DNA of 53,150 nt from Minisyncoccota bacterium (GCA_041662725.1 JBAZRX010000007.1:1-53150); one strand, 5' to 3'; shown: positions 18,790 to 29,619, counted from the stretch's first letter. Program-made: numbers and translations. The notes: a model not told the origin generated them from the sequence alone.

Positions 18790-19259
18790 TACAGTTGTTT
18801 TATTTGATACTTTTTTATCACTTCCATTGATGTGGCGAATAATATTATTGAAGTAAAGGCTGAAACAAGACAATATTGGCAATATGAATGCAAAGTAAAG
18901 ACTTGAATATATACAAACCAAAGAGAAGCGCCTAAGCCGAAAGCTGTAAACAACATGGTCCACTTAAGAATACTTAAGTTTTTACTTTCTAGGAAAGCAG
19001 ATACTCCAACAAGGATCAATAAATAATATATAACCCCAGCAAGTGATACAGGAATACCTAAAATCACAGAATATGGGCTTGTAAGAACCACCTCACAACC
19101 ACCTGAAATGGTACACGGTGGTATTTTTCCCTGAAAATGCTCAACGGTTAAATATCCAGCATCAACAAAACCGATAAGAGCAATAACTATAAGAAAGATT
19201 GCAATACTATTTGGTACTTTCTGAAGAGGCTGTCTCAATAAGTGTTTTAAATGCTTCAT
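18789..19259 (-). CDS. VKOR-family disulfide-bond formation membrane protein
   Basis: CTISGGCEVVLTSPYS..GIP and CQYC motif in TM context; adjacent to DsbA. Confidence 0.9.
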   Translation of the reverse strand: MKHLKHLLRQPLQKVPNSIAIFLIVIALIGFVDAGYLTVEHFQGKIPPCTISGGCEVVLTSPYSVILGIPVSLAGVIYYLLILVGVSAFLESKNLSILKWTMLFTAFGLGASLWFVYIQVFTLHSYCQYCLVSAFTSIILFATSMEVIKKYQIKQL

Positions 19260-19872
19260 AACTTGTTGGATTAACTATAGCTTTTCCATTTACAAAGAAA
19301 GTAGGGGTTGCGTTAATGCCGACACGAACACCCTCTTTCAAATCATTATTAATGTGTGTTTTCAAAGTTGAACTAGTAAGATCAGTTTTGAACTTATTTA
19401 AATCTAAACCGATTTTAGTTGCATAACCAATAAAGACGCTCGTCGGATCAGATAATTCAGTCCATTCAGAAGTGTCCTCAAAAATAAGATGATACATATC
19501 CCAGAATTTTCCCTGTACTCCTGCGGCTTCTGAAGCCATTGCCGCTGGAATAGCGTTAAGATGTTGTGTTAAAGGAAAATGTCTGTAGACAAATTTGATT
19601 GGAATAGTTGAACTAGCCAATAACTGTTCTACAAGAATATGATATGCCCCACAAGCTGGACATTGAAAATCACTATATTCTATTAAAGTAACCGGTGTTA
19701 CATCTGAAGAAGGTAAAATACTTGTAATATGATCTTCCGCTGTAATTGGTGCTGGTGTACCTCGTGGAACCAATGGTCCAGTTGGCTTATTCATAGCCAC
19801 AATAAGGCCCCATATAATAAGACCAATCACAATAATGAAACCTGCCCAAAAAGTAATGCGTTTAATATTCAT
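19207..19872 (-). CDS. DsbA-family thioredoxin-fold protein
   Basis: N-terminal TM; YSDFQCPAC, RHFPL, ATPTFFVNG. Confidence 0.92.
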   Translation of the reverse strand: MNIKRITFWAGFIIVIGLIIWGLIVAMNKPTGPLVPRGTPAPITAEDHITSILPSSDVTPVTLIEYSDFQCPACGAYHILVEQLLASSTIPIKFVYRHFPLTQHLNAIPAAMASEAAGVQGKFWDMYHLIFEDTSEWTELSDPTSVFIGYATKIGLDLNKFKTDLTSSTLKTHINNDLKEGVRVGINATPTFFVNGKAIVNPTSYEAFKTLIETASSESTK

Positions 19873-19919
19873 AGGGTTTGATTATAGCAAGTTATCGAAT
19901 AATACGACAATTTTAATCG

Positions 19920-20474
19920 TTATATTACCTGTGCAAACCACACAATACCATAGATTCCTACTGTATTCATAATGAAAGAGACAGGTATCAAAACTCCTAT
20001 ACGTACTTTAGAAAGCCCCATTAATGTAAGTGCGAATTCATCAGGCAACGGTGAAGCTATGATAAGTGCTCCTAAAATCGGAGATAACCATTTAAGAAAA
20101 CCTAGATGGAATGAAGAAAGAATATGTTTTACCACAGAAGGTTTCATAGAAGCCATAATATCGTCAGCGAGACGATCACGAATGAAAAAGAAAAGGATGA
20201 GATCGCCACACATAGCACCTAAACCTCCCCAAAATGCTACAGAAATCGCAGGCGCAGAATTAGCAATATTTGCAAGAGCGAGAGATGATGGAGCGATCGT
20301 GAAAGCTGATGTCCAGAAAATTCCTGCTACAAAACTAGCGGCTACATGACTTCCTAAAGCATCAACAAACCAACTAATTACACCTGATTTAGAAAGAATA
20401 ATTGCTATTACTACACCAAGTAATATGAAAAATAAATCTTTTTTAAGTTCTTTTCTAGCTGTTTTACGACGCAT
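19920..20474 (-). CDS. Membrane protein (VTT/DedA-like)
   Basis: Multiple TM segments; GAMCGD and SPLPDE motifs. Confidence 0.55.
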   Translation of the reverse strand: MRRKTARKELKKDLFFILLGVVIAIILSKSGVISWFVDALGSHVAASFVAGIFWTSAFTIAPSSLALANIANSAPAISVAFWGGLGAMCGDLILFFFIRDRLADDIMASMKPSVVKHILSSFHLGFLKWLSPILGALIIASPLPDEFALTLMGLSKVRIGVLIPVSFIMNTVGIYGIVWFAQVI

Positions 20475-20519
20475 GTTGATGTCATTATAACAGAGATTTA
20501 AAAGTAAAAGCCTAGTTTC

Positions 20520-21281
20520 TCAAATTCCTTGCGTCAAAGAAACTATTTTATATCCTTTAGATTCAATAACAGAAAAAACATCATCTAAGATTGAACCTGT
20601 AATAGAATCACCAAGATGCATTAAATAGATATTACCTGGAGCAAGACTTGAAAGAATACGCTCTTTAACTTCTAAAGCAGTCATACCTTCACTTTCCTGC
20701 CAATCACCAGCATCAATTGTCCAGCGAACAGATTGATATCCTTCTTTAAAAGCTGTAGATAAAACTCGCTTATCACTATCGCCATACGGCGCACGAAAAT
20801 ATGGTCTTGTAGAAAAATCAGAACCAATAATAGTTTTCATCGCATTATCCATTTTATTAAATTCATTTCGCATTTCTTCATCCTTAAGTTCCGGTAGATG
20901 AGGATGGCTGTAGGTATGATTAAATATTTCATTACCAGCAAGATAAATCTTCTTTGTTAAAACTGGGAAAGCTTCAACAAACTGTCCTGATAAGAAAAAA
21001 GTCCCTTTTACATTATGTTTGGCGAGAACTGCCAATATTTGATCCGCTGATTGGATACCCGAACCACCATCAAATGTGAATATAACTTGTTTATCAAATA
21101 TTTTTCCATGTGTAATCTCTGTGGAGGAATTAGCACGTTTCGGTTGAACGGGCATTTCGTACTTAGGTATTTTGAAAATATCTAAAGCAAAAACAAAAAC
21201 CACTAAGACTAAAATTAGCGAAATTCCTAAACGGGCATGTAGAGAATATGGATCACCTTCAATTTCTATATTAGTAGTCAC
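20520..21281 (-). CDS. Polysaccharide deacetylase (NodB/CE4)
   Basis: N-terminal TM; FTFDGG, NHTYSHPHL, FRAPYG, YLMHLG. Confidence 0.88.
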   Translation of the reverse strand: MTTNIEIEGDPYSLHARLGISLILVLVVFVFALDIFKIPKYEMPVQPKRANSSTEITHGKIFDKQVIFTFDGGSGIQSADQILAVLAKHNVKGTFFLSGQFVEAFPVLTKKIYLAGNEIFNHTYSHPHLPELKDEEMRNEFNKMDNAMKTIIGSDFSTRPYFRAPYGDSDKRVLSTAFKEGYQSVRWTIDAGDWQESEGMTALEVKERILSSLAPGNIYLMHLGDSITGSILDDVFSVIESKGYKIVSLTQGI

Positions 21282-21310
21282 ATGATTATTATATCACCTT
21301 ACAATTCAAA

Positions 21311-22225
21311 CTAACTTAAATATTGAATAAGTAATCCTGCAATTACGCTAATGAAAAACAATAACCCGATAATTTTGAAAGCTTCTTTCTTACTTTTCTC
21401 TTCTTTAAAGAGAACAAGAATTCCTAATCCCCCACTGGCACATAACCCTGCAATGACAGCTCCGTAAGTGATTGCGCCATTCAAATAGAGTTCCGCTAGA
21501 GCTACAGAAGATGCACAGTTAGGTATAAGACCGATTAAAGCCGCAAAAAAAGGCTGAAGTAAAACGTGACCTGAAAGAAATATCGCGATGGTATCTGCTC
21601 CAATTTTGAACATTATTCCGTTTAAAAGAAATGTGATTATGAAAATGAAAAGAAATATTTTCAAAGTATGCAAAATCGGATGAAGAAATACTTCCTTTAA
21701 ATTAAATTTTCCTGTTTCCTGACTAACACTATGTCCACAACAAGCTTGCTCATTTAATGATGGATTATGATTATGCCCTTTTTCATCTTGACCTTGAGCG
21801 TAAGCGTTTAAATGTATTAGAACTGCTTTATTCTTGCTTCTAAAAACAAAATCAATAATATAACCTGCAATAATTGCGATAATTACTTTAGTTAAAATAA
21901 GCGGAATAATAATACCAGCTTTATCTGGCTGAGATAAAATTACAGGAATAGCTTCATCTGAAGTAGAAAGATACACAGCTAGTAATGTTCCTATTGTAAC
22001 CAATCTCTGAGTATATAAAGCCGTTGTGACAACAGATAATCCACATTGTGGAAAAATACCAGCTATAGATCCTACAAAAGGACCTGCTAAACCTGCTTTT
22101 TGTATAAGTGTTCTTATCTTGTTTCCAAACCTATATTCCACCACTTCAATGCCAATATATATAACAAGCAATAATGGCACCATCTTGGCTGTATCCAAAA
22201 AAGCATCTATGAAGACTGACTGCAT
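21311..22225 (-). CDS. Putative metal (manganese) transporter
   Basis: Repeated GxxPxC motifs (GIFPQCG, GLIPNCA), TSDEA and a His/Cys-rich loop. Confidence 0.75.
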   Translation of the reverse strand: MQSVFIDAFLDTAKMVPLLLVIYIGIEVVEYRFGNKIRTLIQKAGLAGPFVGSIAGIFPQCGLSVVTTALYTQRLVTIGTLLAVYLSTSDEAIPVILSQPDKAGIIIPLILTKVIIAIIAGYIIDFVFRSKNKAVLIHLNAYAQGQDEKGHNHNPSLNEQACCGHSVSQETGKFNLKEVFLHPILHTLKIFLFIFIITFLLNGIMFKIGADTIAIFLSGHVLLQPFFAALIGLIPNCASSVALAELYLNGAITYGAVIAGLCASGGLGILVLFKEEKSKKEAFKIIGLLFFISVIAGLLIQYLS

Positions 22226-22682
22226 ATGACTATGATGCCAATAATAAAGATATTGGTCAAGAATAATAGATCTTATAATAATTTAAGACAAAAAAGCGGC
22301 ACACGTGAGGCGGCCGCTTATATACACACAACAATAGTCTACCCCACTAAGTCCTCGAGGGACTTTAAATCTAAAAATCTATTATAAGGTCCGCCTTATA
22401 ACGATTTTAGATTTGACTCAGTGGTTGCTTTTAACTTCCACCCAAAGTAGCAAGTGCTTCGCTTGATTCTTGTTGATGGTCCAAGATCAACTTAGCCTCT
22501 TGTCTGGGTTAACCTATTCAATTTGAGCAGGTTTCCCTTTAATCAGATAAACCATCAAATTCAACTGATGTTCAACTTACTGCTGTGTCTAGAGATAGAT
22601 TAAACCTAGAAGTAATTTATGTCAACAAAAAAAGAGGCTGAGAAATTTCAGCGCCTTAATAGGTGAACTAAATGGCATATAA

Positions 22683-22913
22683 TTACATACTCATCATTAA
22701 TAGTTCTGGGGCAGGAATCCAAAAATTACCGTCACAACAACAAAGTATTCTTTTGCCATTTTCATCTTCAATCCAACCTTTATTCCCTCTTTGAGGATTA
22801 TGGATGTAATCTTCTCCAAAAGAAAATATATGCGCAGTTACTTCATTTACAGCAAACCCAATCGGTTTTTTTGTATTTGTATTCGTATTCATAACAATTC
22901 CTAAAGCAAGCAT
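22683..22913 (-). CDS. Small hypothetical protein
   Basis: 76-aa ORF in an otherwise empty region; no family recognised. Confidence 0.4.
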   Translation of the reverse strand: MLALGIVMNTNTNTKKPIGFAVNEVTAHIFSFGEDYIHNPQRGNKGWIEDENGKRILCCCDGNFWIPAPELLMMSM

Positions 22914-23227
22914 ATTTTATATGCATATTTAATTGTCTAATGTACTAATTTCTACATTCCTCTTTGAGGATAAGAAAACAGGCCCGCTTGGAGCCTGTTT
23001 CTTGTAATCAATTTATTCTAGGGATTCATTACAAAGACAAGCTCCAATAGGCCTTTCTAAAGTAAAAGCTATAAAACCAATTGCTTTGTGTGGCGCGAAT
23101 CTTCATTTGTGTGAGTAAGTATATATTAAAATGTTTGGTGAGGCAAATAAAGAACTTCATCAATCTTGAATATACCGCTAGCTGAACTGATAGCAATCTA
23201 CAACGTGGTTACTAATATAAATGAGAT

Positions 23228-24586
23228 TTATAGTTGAGTCGTTGTAGAAGTTGAAGCAATTGAATTGCCAACAGGAAGCACTGTTAAAGTAACACCGAGA
23301 TATAGAAAATTATTATCATACCCTGTCTCACTGCCATGAAAGATATGTATCGGCAAATATCCTGTATAAGTTCGTGGCTGATCTCCGTTTGCAGAAAGAT
23401 ATTTATCATTAAAATACAAACTCAAAGGAAAACTACCGCCTACTCCCCCACTAGCAGTGTTAGCTATTATGCCATAAGTCGGAAATCCTACACCGTAGCC
23501 ACGTGTACTGAATCCGTATCCTCCACTTCCAACAATGGTTGCACTGAAACTTTTATTACCTTGTCCATCAACCATAGTTGCTGTGATATTACAAGGACTT
23601 AATGAGTATGTCTTACCATCAACTGTAATAGGTGAGCATATAGCTACAGCGAGTATTGTTGGTGTTGGTGTTGAAGTCGGAGTTGGTCTTGGTGTTGGAG
23701 CTGTAGTTGGAATTGGAGTTGGAGTTTTCTGCGACATTACGTTCACTGAATATTGATGCTGGGCTGGTATATCAGTACCACCGCCACAACTATTAATTTT
23801 AATTCGAGTCAAAGGACCAAAAAAACCTGTCGATGGTATGCCTTGTGATCTTTGGTAGGCTGAAACAGCAGAGGCAGTTTGATTGTCATATGTTCCTTTA
23901 GATATTAAACCTGCACTAATTCCAGAAATATTATAACCTTTAGCAATAAGCCAAGTCTGAAGTGCCACAACATCTGGACCAACACTACCAATGTCTAAAT
24001 TTGTTGTAAATATATAGCAACCAGAAAAACCATCAGTACCATAATGTGTAACTACTTTAGCTTGTTCCGTTTGAGTTTTAGGTGTTAAGGGTGTAGACGT
24101 AGCTATAATTGAACATGACCCATTAATATAAGCGCGAGTAGCAGGATCAAGTTGGCCAGTTGCGGCTAATCCTACACTTTGCTGATACTGCCGAAGAGCC
24201 TCTTCAATTCGACTATCAAAATAACTCTTAGAAATCCAACCCGTGGGAATATCACGAATTGTAAATCCTTTTGTAATTAAAAATGTCTGAAGATTGACCA
24301 CATCAGAACTCATGGAACCTAATGAGAGGTCAGTAGAAAAAGTGTACTCTGTACAAGTGTTTTTATTATTATAGTATCTTCCACCATTATTATAACTATT
24401 AACATTAGTAGCAATTGGCGTACAAACATATCCTGACGGACATACGATCGCTTGCGAAGCAATTGGTATACAGATATATCCAACTGGACAGTTAACCACC
24501 TGCGCTTGCACTAATTGTATAGATATGAAAAAAGTTATCATTAATACCGATGACAATACAGCAATAGAAATAATAGATTTTTTCAT
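23228..24586 (-). CDS. Secreted protein with two peptidoglycan-binding domains and a Pro/Thr linker
   Basis: Signal peptide; CPxGYxC repeats; two DVVxLQxxL...TG modules; PTPT run. Confidence 0.85.
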   Translation of the reverse strand: MKKSIISIAVLSSVLMITFFISIQLVQAQVVNCPVGYICIPIASQAIVCPSGYVCTPIATNVNSYNNGGRYYNNKNTCTEYTFSTDLSLGSMSSDVVNLQTFLITKGFTIRDIPTGWISKSYFDSRIEEALRQYQQSVGLAATGQLDPATRAYINGSCSIIATSTPLTPKTQTEQAKVVTHYGTDGFSGCYIFTTNLDIGSVGPDVVALQTWLIAKGYNISGISAGLISKGTYDNQTASAVSAYQRSQGIPSTGFFGPLTRIKINSCGGGTDIPAQHQYSVNVMSQKTPTPIPTTAPTPRPTPTSTPTPTILAVAICSPITVDGKTYSLSPCNITATMVDGQGNKSFSATIVGSGGYGFSTRGYGVGFPTYGIIANTASGGVGGSFPLSLYFNDKYLSANGDQPRTYTGYLPIHIFHGSETGYDNNFLYLGVTLTVLPVGNSIASTSTTTQL

Positions 24587-25143
24587 TGTAGAATTAGTAA
24601 TTTGTTAATAACAAAAGTATAGCTTACTTCTATATGAATTAATATAAAACTCATATAAACAAAAAACATCCTTAAATATCATAAATGGTAAGAAGAACCA
24701 CCTATCTTAATAAAGCTACAATGTCAAAAAGTATCTGTCAATTACGTTCCTTGAATTCTAGCCTGAATACTACCCATGATGATATTCCCGTAAAAAAGCC
24801 CACCGTTTTAGCGGTGAGCGAGCGTTGTTATACGCTATAAGATGAATCCCTGTTATGCGACCGTGTGGCGCGATGCCAACCGCTATACCAGCACGAACGA
24901 AGGGAAAGTTGTAGTGACGATACTATTACGCCTCTAGAAAGCGCATTCCCGTTTCTCAACATTCCGCAGAGTCATCTTTTGTAAGGTATCAAGATACCTA
25001 TAATAATTGCTAGCAATTCTCAGCCTAACAAAATACTTCATTTATGTACAGGATCAGATCTTTGATATAGAGCAGTTATTACTATATAATCCTAATAAAT
25101 AAACGCCATTAATAAAAGGTTTAATAAAAATTAACCAAAAAAT

Positions 25144-25881
25144 ATGAGATTAGAAAACAAAGTAGCTATTGTTACCGGTTCAGCCACTGGTATTGGCAAA
25201 GCGATCGCTGAAAAATTTATTAGCGAGGGCGCAAAGGTTGTATTTTCCGATATAAATGGAGACGATTCTTTAGTTCAAGAATTTGAAGGAAAAGCATTGT
25301 TTATTAAGTGTGATGTATCAAAATCAGAAGAGGTAGAAAATTTAATTGACAAAACTATTGAAAAATTTGGGAAATTGGATGTTATGGTAAACAATGCTGG
25401 TATTGGTAGTTTAGGTGGCATTATGGATGTAACTGATGAAAGTTGGAATAAAACAATTGGTATTAATCTTTCTGGCACAATGTTCGGTATGCGTGAAGCG
25501 GCAAAAGCTATGAAAGCAAAAAATATCAAAGGATCAATCATTAATTTAAGTTCTATCCTAGGAAAAGTAGGTTTTAACGGAGCTATCGCCTATTGTGCGG
25601 CCAAAGGTGGAGTTGTTCAATTAACACGTGCTGGATCTCTTGATCTTGCTCCGAGTCAAATTAGAGTCAACGCTATTGCACCAGGTTTTATTGAAACTAA
25701 TATGACAAAAGATATCTTAGAACAAAAAGAATTTAAAGATATGGTTACTTCTTCAACACCACTTGGTTATGTCGGTAAAACTGAAGATATTGCAAACGCC
25801 GCTCTTTACTTAGCCTCTGACGAATCAAGTTATGTTACTGGAAGTGTTATCTATGTTGATGGTGGATGGACAGCTAAATAG
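25144..25881 (+). CDS. Short-chain dehydrogenase/reductase (FabG/glucose dehydrogenase-like)
   Basis: TGSATGIG, NNAG, YCAAK, VNAIAPG, DGG. Confidence 0.93.
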   Translation: MRLENKVAIVTGSATGIGKAIAEKFISEGAKVVFSDINGDDSLVQEFEGKALFIKCDVSKSEEVENLIDKTIEKFGKLDVMVNNAGIGSLGGIMDVTDESWNKTIGINLSGTMFGMREAAKAMKAKNIKGSIINLSSILGKVGFNGAIAYCAAKGGVVQLTRAGSLDLAPSQIRVNAIAPGFIETNMTKDILEQKEFKDMVTSSTPLGYVGKTEDIANAALYLASDESSYVTGSVIYVDGGWTAK

Positions 25882-25912
25882 TTTAAATAATTATTTAGCT
25901 GTGTAGAAATTA

Positions 25913-25938
25913 AAAACCACTCTAAAAAGAGTGGTTTT
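25913..25938. terminator. Bidirectional terminator
   Basis: AAAACCACTCT-AAAA-AGAGTGGTTTT between convergent genes. Confidence 0.7.
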
Positions 25939-25964
25939 GTGTGAAAGTTTAGAGAAATAGAATT

Positions 25965-26969
25965 CTATATCTCCAAACCGAAAATTTTCAAAAGTAGAGC
26001 CGCGCGGATATATTGTCCATTATCCGCCTGTTCAAAAAATGCTACTTGAGGTAAATCGTCAACCTCTGTACTAATCTCCCCAACCCTTGGTAAGGGGTGC
26101 ATTAGAATTGCTTCTGGTTTGAACAATTTCATTTCTTTCAAACCAATATGAAATGCATCACGAAATTCAACGAAACGCGATTGATCAATAAGACGTTTTT
26201 TTTGAACTCGTGTCCAATAAACAACATCAGCCTCTGGTATAGCTTTATTTAGATCATTGGCAACTGTCCACTCTGTGCCAGATTCGTTTAGATGATCCGT
26301 AATATCTTGGCCCATAGCTAGTTCTGGCGGAGAAATAAAAATAATCTTAACTCCGTTGAATTTAGATAGACTATATGCCAACGAACGACAAGTTCTGCCG
26401 TTAGCCAGATCACCTCCAATAACAACTGTAATATTGTCCAATCTATTAAGCCTGCGCCAAATAGTATAAACATCCAGCAAAGCCTGTGTTGGGTGTTGCC
26501 CTATCCCATCACCAGCATTGATAATAGCTACCTTACCAGCGTAATATTTATCTATCACCGCCGCCGCTCTTTCTGCCGCACCGGTTTCTGGATGACGAAG
26601 AACGATAACACTAGGTCGTTGTCCAGCCAAAATTCTTATCGTGTCTTCCAAAGACTCCCCTTTAGCAACAGATGAAAACTTTGTCGCGTCTTCTGTAAAG
26701 CAAATGCCCATACCGAGCATCTCGCCCGCCGACCAGAAAGAGAATCTTGTACGGGTTGATTCCTCATAGAATATCTCGTACATTTTATACCCTTCTAATA
26801 GTTTCTTCATTTCCATGATTCCAATATGATCATCCGCTTTTTTCCGGATACGATCAGCAAGATCAAAGTAATCGAAGATAACTCTAGGCGAAGCGAATTG
26901 CTGTGCCCTCAAAATATGCATTCTTGGTTTTACAATGTTCATAATCAACACCTTCTTCCTTTCTTCCAT
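25965..26969 (-). CDS. pyrB: Aspartate carbamoyltransferase
   Basis: FYEESTRTRFSF, KGESLEDT, INAGDG..QHPTQALLD, MHPLPR. Confidence 0.96.
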   Translation of the reverse strand: MEERKKVLIMNIVKPRMHILRAQQFASPRVIFDYFDLADRIRKKADDHIGIMEMKKLLEGYKMYEIFYEESTRTRFSFWSAGEMLGMGICFTEDATKFSSVAKGESLEDTIRILAGQRPSVIVLRHPETGAAERAAAVIDKYYAGKVAIINAGDGIGQHPTQALLDVYTIWRRLNRLDNITVVIGGDLANGRTCRSLAYSLSKFNGVKIIFISPPELAMGQDITDHLNESGTEWTVANDLNKAIPEADVVYWTRVQKKRLIDQSRFVEFRDAFHIGLKEMKLFKPEAILMHPLPRVGEISTEVDDLPQVAFFEQADNGQYIRAALLLKIFGLEI

Positions 26970-27072
26970 TGCAAATACTATGCTTTTTGACTACCTTGTC
27001 AATGAGATAAGACAACAATAAAAATAAAACTCGCATACCGAAGCATGCGAGTTATTCGTAAACGATTAAATA

Positions 27073-28167
27073 TCAACTAACGATTTTCCAATAAAGAAAC
27101 TCGCCTCCTTTGAAAACTTTAACCGTTTCAATTTTCTGCGGAATTGAGAACGCTATCTGTTCTATTTCCATCATTTCTGAGCTAACCTTCATACCATACA
27201 AGCTAAGAAAATTCTCAGATAGAAACGAGCCGAGATGCTGTAAAGCGTTTTCCTCGGCGAAAACTGTTGTGTATAATTCAACAGCAATCGGTGCAGTAAA
27301 GATTCCAGCTGCACAACCGTAACAACGTGACTTTGCTTGCTCGTCATGTGGCGCTGAATCTGTTCCAGCTCCAAAACGAGGATTTCCTGAAGTTGCATAA
27401 CTGCGTATCTTTTGCCGATGTATTTCTCGTTTTGGCACCGGCTTACAATAATTACATGGGTTCATACCGCCCCAAAACATAGCATTGCGATTGATCATCA
27501 AATGATGAGCAGTTACAGTTGCCTGAATATTGTAACAAGTAGATTCTGCAATAAAGTCAGCAACACGGCCATCAGTCAAATGCTCAAATACTACTGGTAA
27601 CGCTGGGAAACTTTTAAGCAGTGGTTTGAGATCACGTTCAGTAGAAACAATCTCTCTATCAAATTCGTCAACGTTTTCTTCAACCGCTTCGAAATGTCCG
27701 AGAAGTGGAATTCCTTTCTTCTGCATTGCTTCAAACACTGGATATCTACCGCGAAGATTCTTAACCCCGTGTTGTGAACCAGTCGTTCCTCCTTGACCAT
27801 TTTGATTGGCCATATAGAGCTTCACTGCACACCAAGCTTTCATATCAAATCCTCGTACAACTTCTTCAGGAGTTATATCGTCTGTAAGATAACATGTCAT
27901 ACGAGGCATAAAATATATATCTCTGATCATTGGACCCATATCATTTTTACGAATGAGATCATCCAACACTCCATTAATCCGCTTCCGATATGCAACTGCT
28001 TTTTCAACAGTTGATGTTTCATCAGGATGTTTGAGATTGCCCATAATGACAGCTCCAACAGCACGTTGATTTATTGTGCATGGTAGAACCGTTTTGAGCA
28101 TTTCACCATCACGAATGTGTAGGTGACGATCAAACCATCTGGGAATAGTAATTTTGTTTGTTTTCAT
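27073..28167 (-). CDS. pyrC: Dihydroorotase (type II)
   Basis: HLHIRDG, MTCYLTD, AVKLY, FEHLT, HHL, GTDSAPH; ATGA overlap with pyrD. Confidence 0.92.
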   Translation of the reverse strand: MKTNKITIPRWFDRHLHIRDGEMLKTVLPCTINQRAVGAVIMGNLKHPDETSTVEKAVAYRKRINGVLDDLIRKNDMGPMIRDIYFMPRMTCYLTDDITPEEVVRGFDMKAWCAVKLYMANQNGQGGTTGSQHGVKNLRGRYPVFEAMQKKGIPLLGHFEAVEENVDEFDREIVSTERDLKPLLKSFPALPVVFEHLTDGRVADFIAESTCYNIQATVTAHHLMINRNAMFWGGMNPCNYCKPVPKREIHRQKIRSYATSGNPRFGAGTDSAPHDEQAKSRCYGCAAGIFTAPIAVELYTTVFAEENALQHLGSFLSENFLSLYGMKVSSEMMEIEQIAFSIPQKIETVKVFKGGEFLYWKIVS

Positions 28168-29033
28168 AAACTTTCTCTTTGTACAATGTATGTTGGCCTC
28201 CACGGAGTCCGTAAATGAATTGCACCAAAACTAATAGCTTTAGCACCAAGTTTTCTAACCCGATCAAGGTCATCAATTTCCATAACGCTCGGTCCAATAA
28301 CTGGAAGTACTCCTTGTCTGGACAATTCTTCTACAGCTTTCCAATTGCATTTCTGTGCAGGTTTACCAGACACACCACCACCTCCACCACCAACTTTTTC
28401 TTCAAGTTTCCATAGAGGAGTCTTTTCTCCATTCGGAAAAGCTGTTTTCCACGGAACACTATTCAGAGATATTGCTTCTGCAATATTTTTAAGCCCATTA
28501 GCAATGGTTAAATAGTCTTGATCAACAGAAACTTTTACAATAATCGGATAACGTGAAGCATGTTTGACCGCCTTCACACTATTTATGACAGCTTCAGCTG
28601 TTTGCATTGCGTGACCGGTATTCGGACACGATGGGTTAACTTCCAGAGCTACAAGCTCAAAAGAATTGAGCATGTATGCCATTTCAGTTAATTCCTTCTC
28701 GTCACCGAAAATTGATCCAACAAGAGGAAACTTGAGAAAATCTAAATGTGGGCCAATTTCTTTGCACCACCATTCAATACCTGGATTAGTTAGTCCAACC
28801 TTGTTAACCGAACCTCCGGGGATAAGACGAACACATGTCCAAGGTTTCCACCATCGCAGATTCCCTGGTCGTGGATGACGTGTCAAAGTTTTAATAACAA
28901 CCGTAAAAAGTTCTGGCTTTATAATACCAAGCCATGCAAGCGGTTTTTCCCAAAACCAACCTTTACCATCAAAAGCTAATGCCCCACTTGCGACCATGTA
29001 TTCGAAAGCATGGTCATTTGAAAAAGTAATCAT
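28164..29033 (-). CDS. pyrD: Dihydroorotate dehydrogenase (family 1-like)
   Basis: NKVGLTNPG, EVNPSCPN, PIIVKVS, GGVSG; lies in an operon with pyrC/pyrB. Confidence 0.82.
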   Translation of the reverse strand: MITFSNDHAFEYMVASGALAFDGKGWFWEKPLAWLGIIKPELFTVVIKTLTRHPRPGNLRWWKPWTCVRLIPGGSVNKVGLTNPGIEWWCKEIGPHLDFLKFPLVGSIFGDEKELTEMAYMLNSFELVALEVNPSCPNTGHAMQTAEAVINSVKAVKHASRYPIIVKVSVDQDYLTIANGLKNIAEAISLNSVPWKTAFPNGEKTPLWKLEEKVGGGGGGVSGKPAQKCNWKAVEELSRQGVLPVIGPSVMEIDDLDRVRKLGAKAISFGAIHLRTPWRPTYIVQRESL

Positions 29034-29041
29034 ATTTCCTT

Positions 29042-29120
29042 TCTTAGTACGCCGTAGTTCTGCACAGCAGAACGTAGGCGACTCTTAGTACGCCGTAGTT
29101 TTACGAAGTAAAACGTAGAG
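29042..29120. repeat. Tandem pair of hairpin elements upstream of pyrD
   Basis: TCTTAGTACGCCGTAGTT repeated at a 41-nt period; inner stems GTTCTGC/GCAGAAC and GTTTTAC/GTAAAAC. Confidence 0.85.
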
Positions 29121-29284
29121 TGTCTTATTTCAATGTTCAATTACACACTTTAAGCTGTGTGACAAGCTTATCAATTAAATTAACTCTATTGTCAACACTA
29201 ACTGAAGTGATGTTTAAAATCAATAAAGATAGTTAGATAAAAACTTCACAAAATTAAAATATTGTGTTATATTGTTTTTGGTAG

Positions 29285-29512
29285 TTGAACAAAAAGGATC
29301 AAAAAATGAAACTAAGAGTTAACAGGGGTACGGACAAACCAAAAGAAAAAATGATCAAATGTCCATGTCCAGGTTGTAGTTCATGGTTACCAGAGAATGA
29401 TTTTCGGATTCAAATGCAACATGTGGGGAGAAATCATCCTGAGTTAGTAACTGAAAGATTATATACCGCAGATACTAATCCGCGCAGAACTAGTCGTGCT
29501 AGTTGTATATAG
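29285..29512 (+). CDS. Small possible zinc-finger protein
   Basis: CPCPGC...HVGRNH (C2H2-like spacing); TTG start. Confidence 0.45.
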   Translation: MNKKDQKMKLRVNRGTDKPKEKMIKCPCPGCSSWLPENDFRIQMQHVGRNHPELVTERLYTADTNPRRTSRASCI

Positions 29513-29619
29513 ACGGCTTCGTTAGTCAGTTTCCATTAAGAAAACTTATCCTTTAAACGGTTCTGCAAAAGCATTACCGTTTTTTATTTTTTATGTCTAA
29601 ATTGTATAAGATCTTTAAT

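Noticed and set aside
24780-25000. tmRNA
   Set aside because: No tRNA-like GGGG/TCCACCA ends and no tag frame ending in AA-stop
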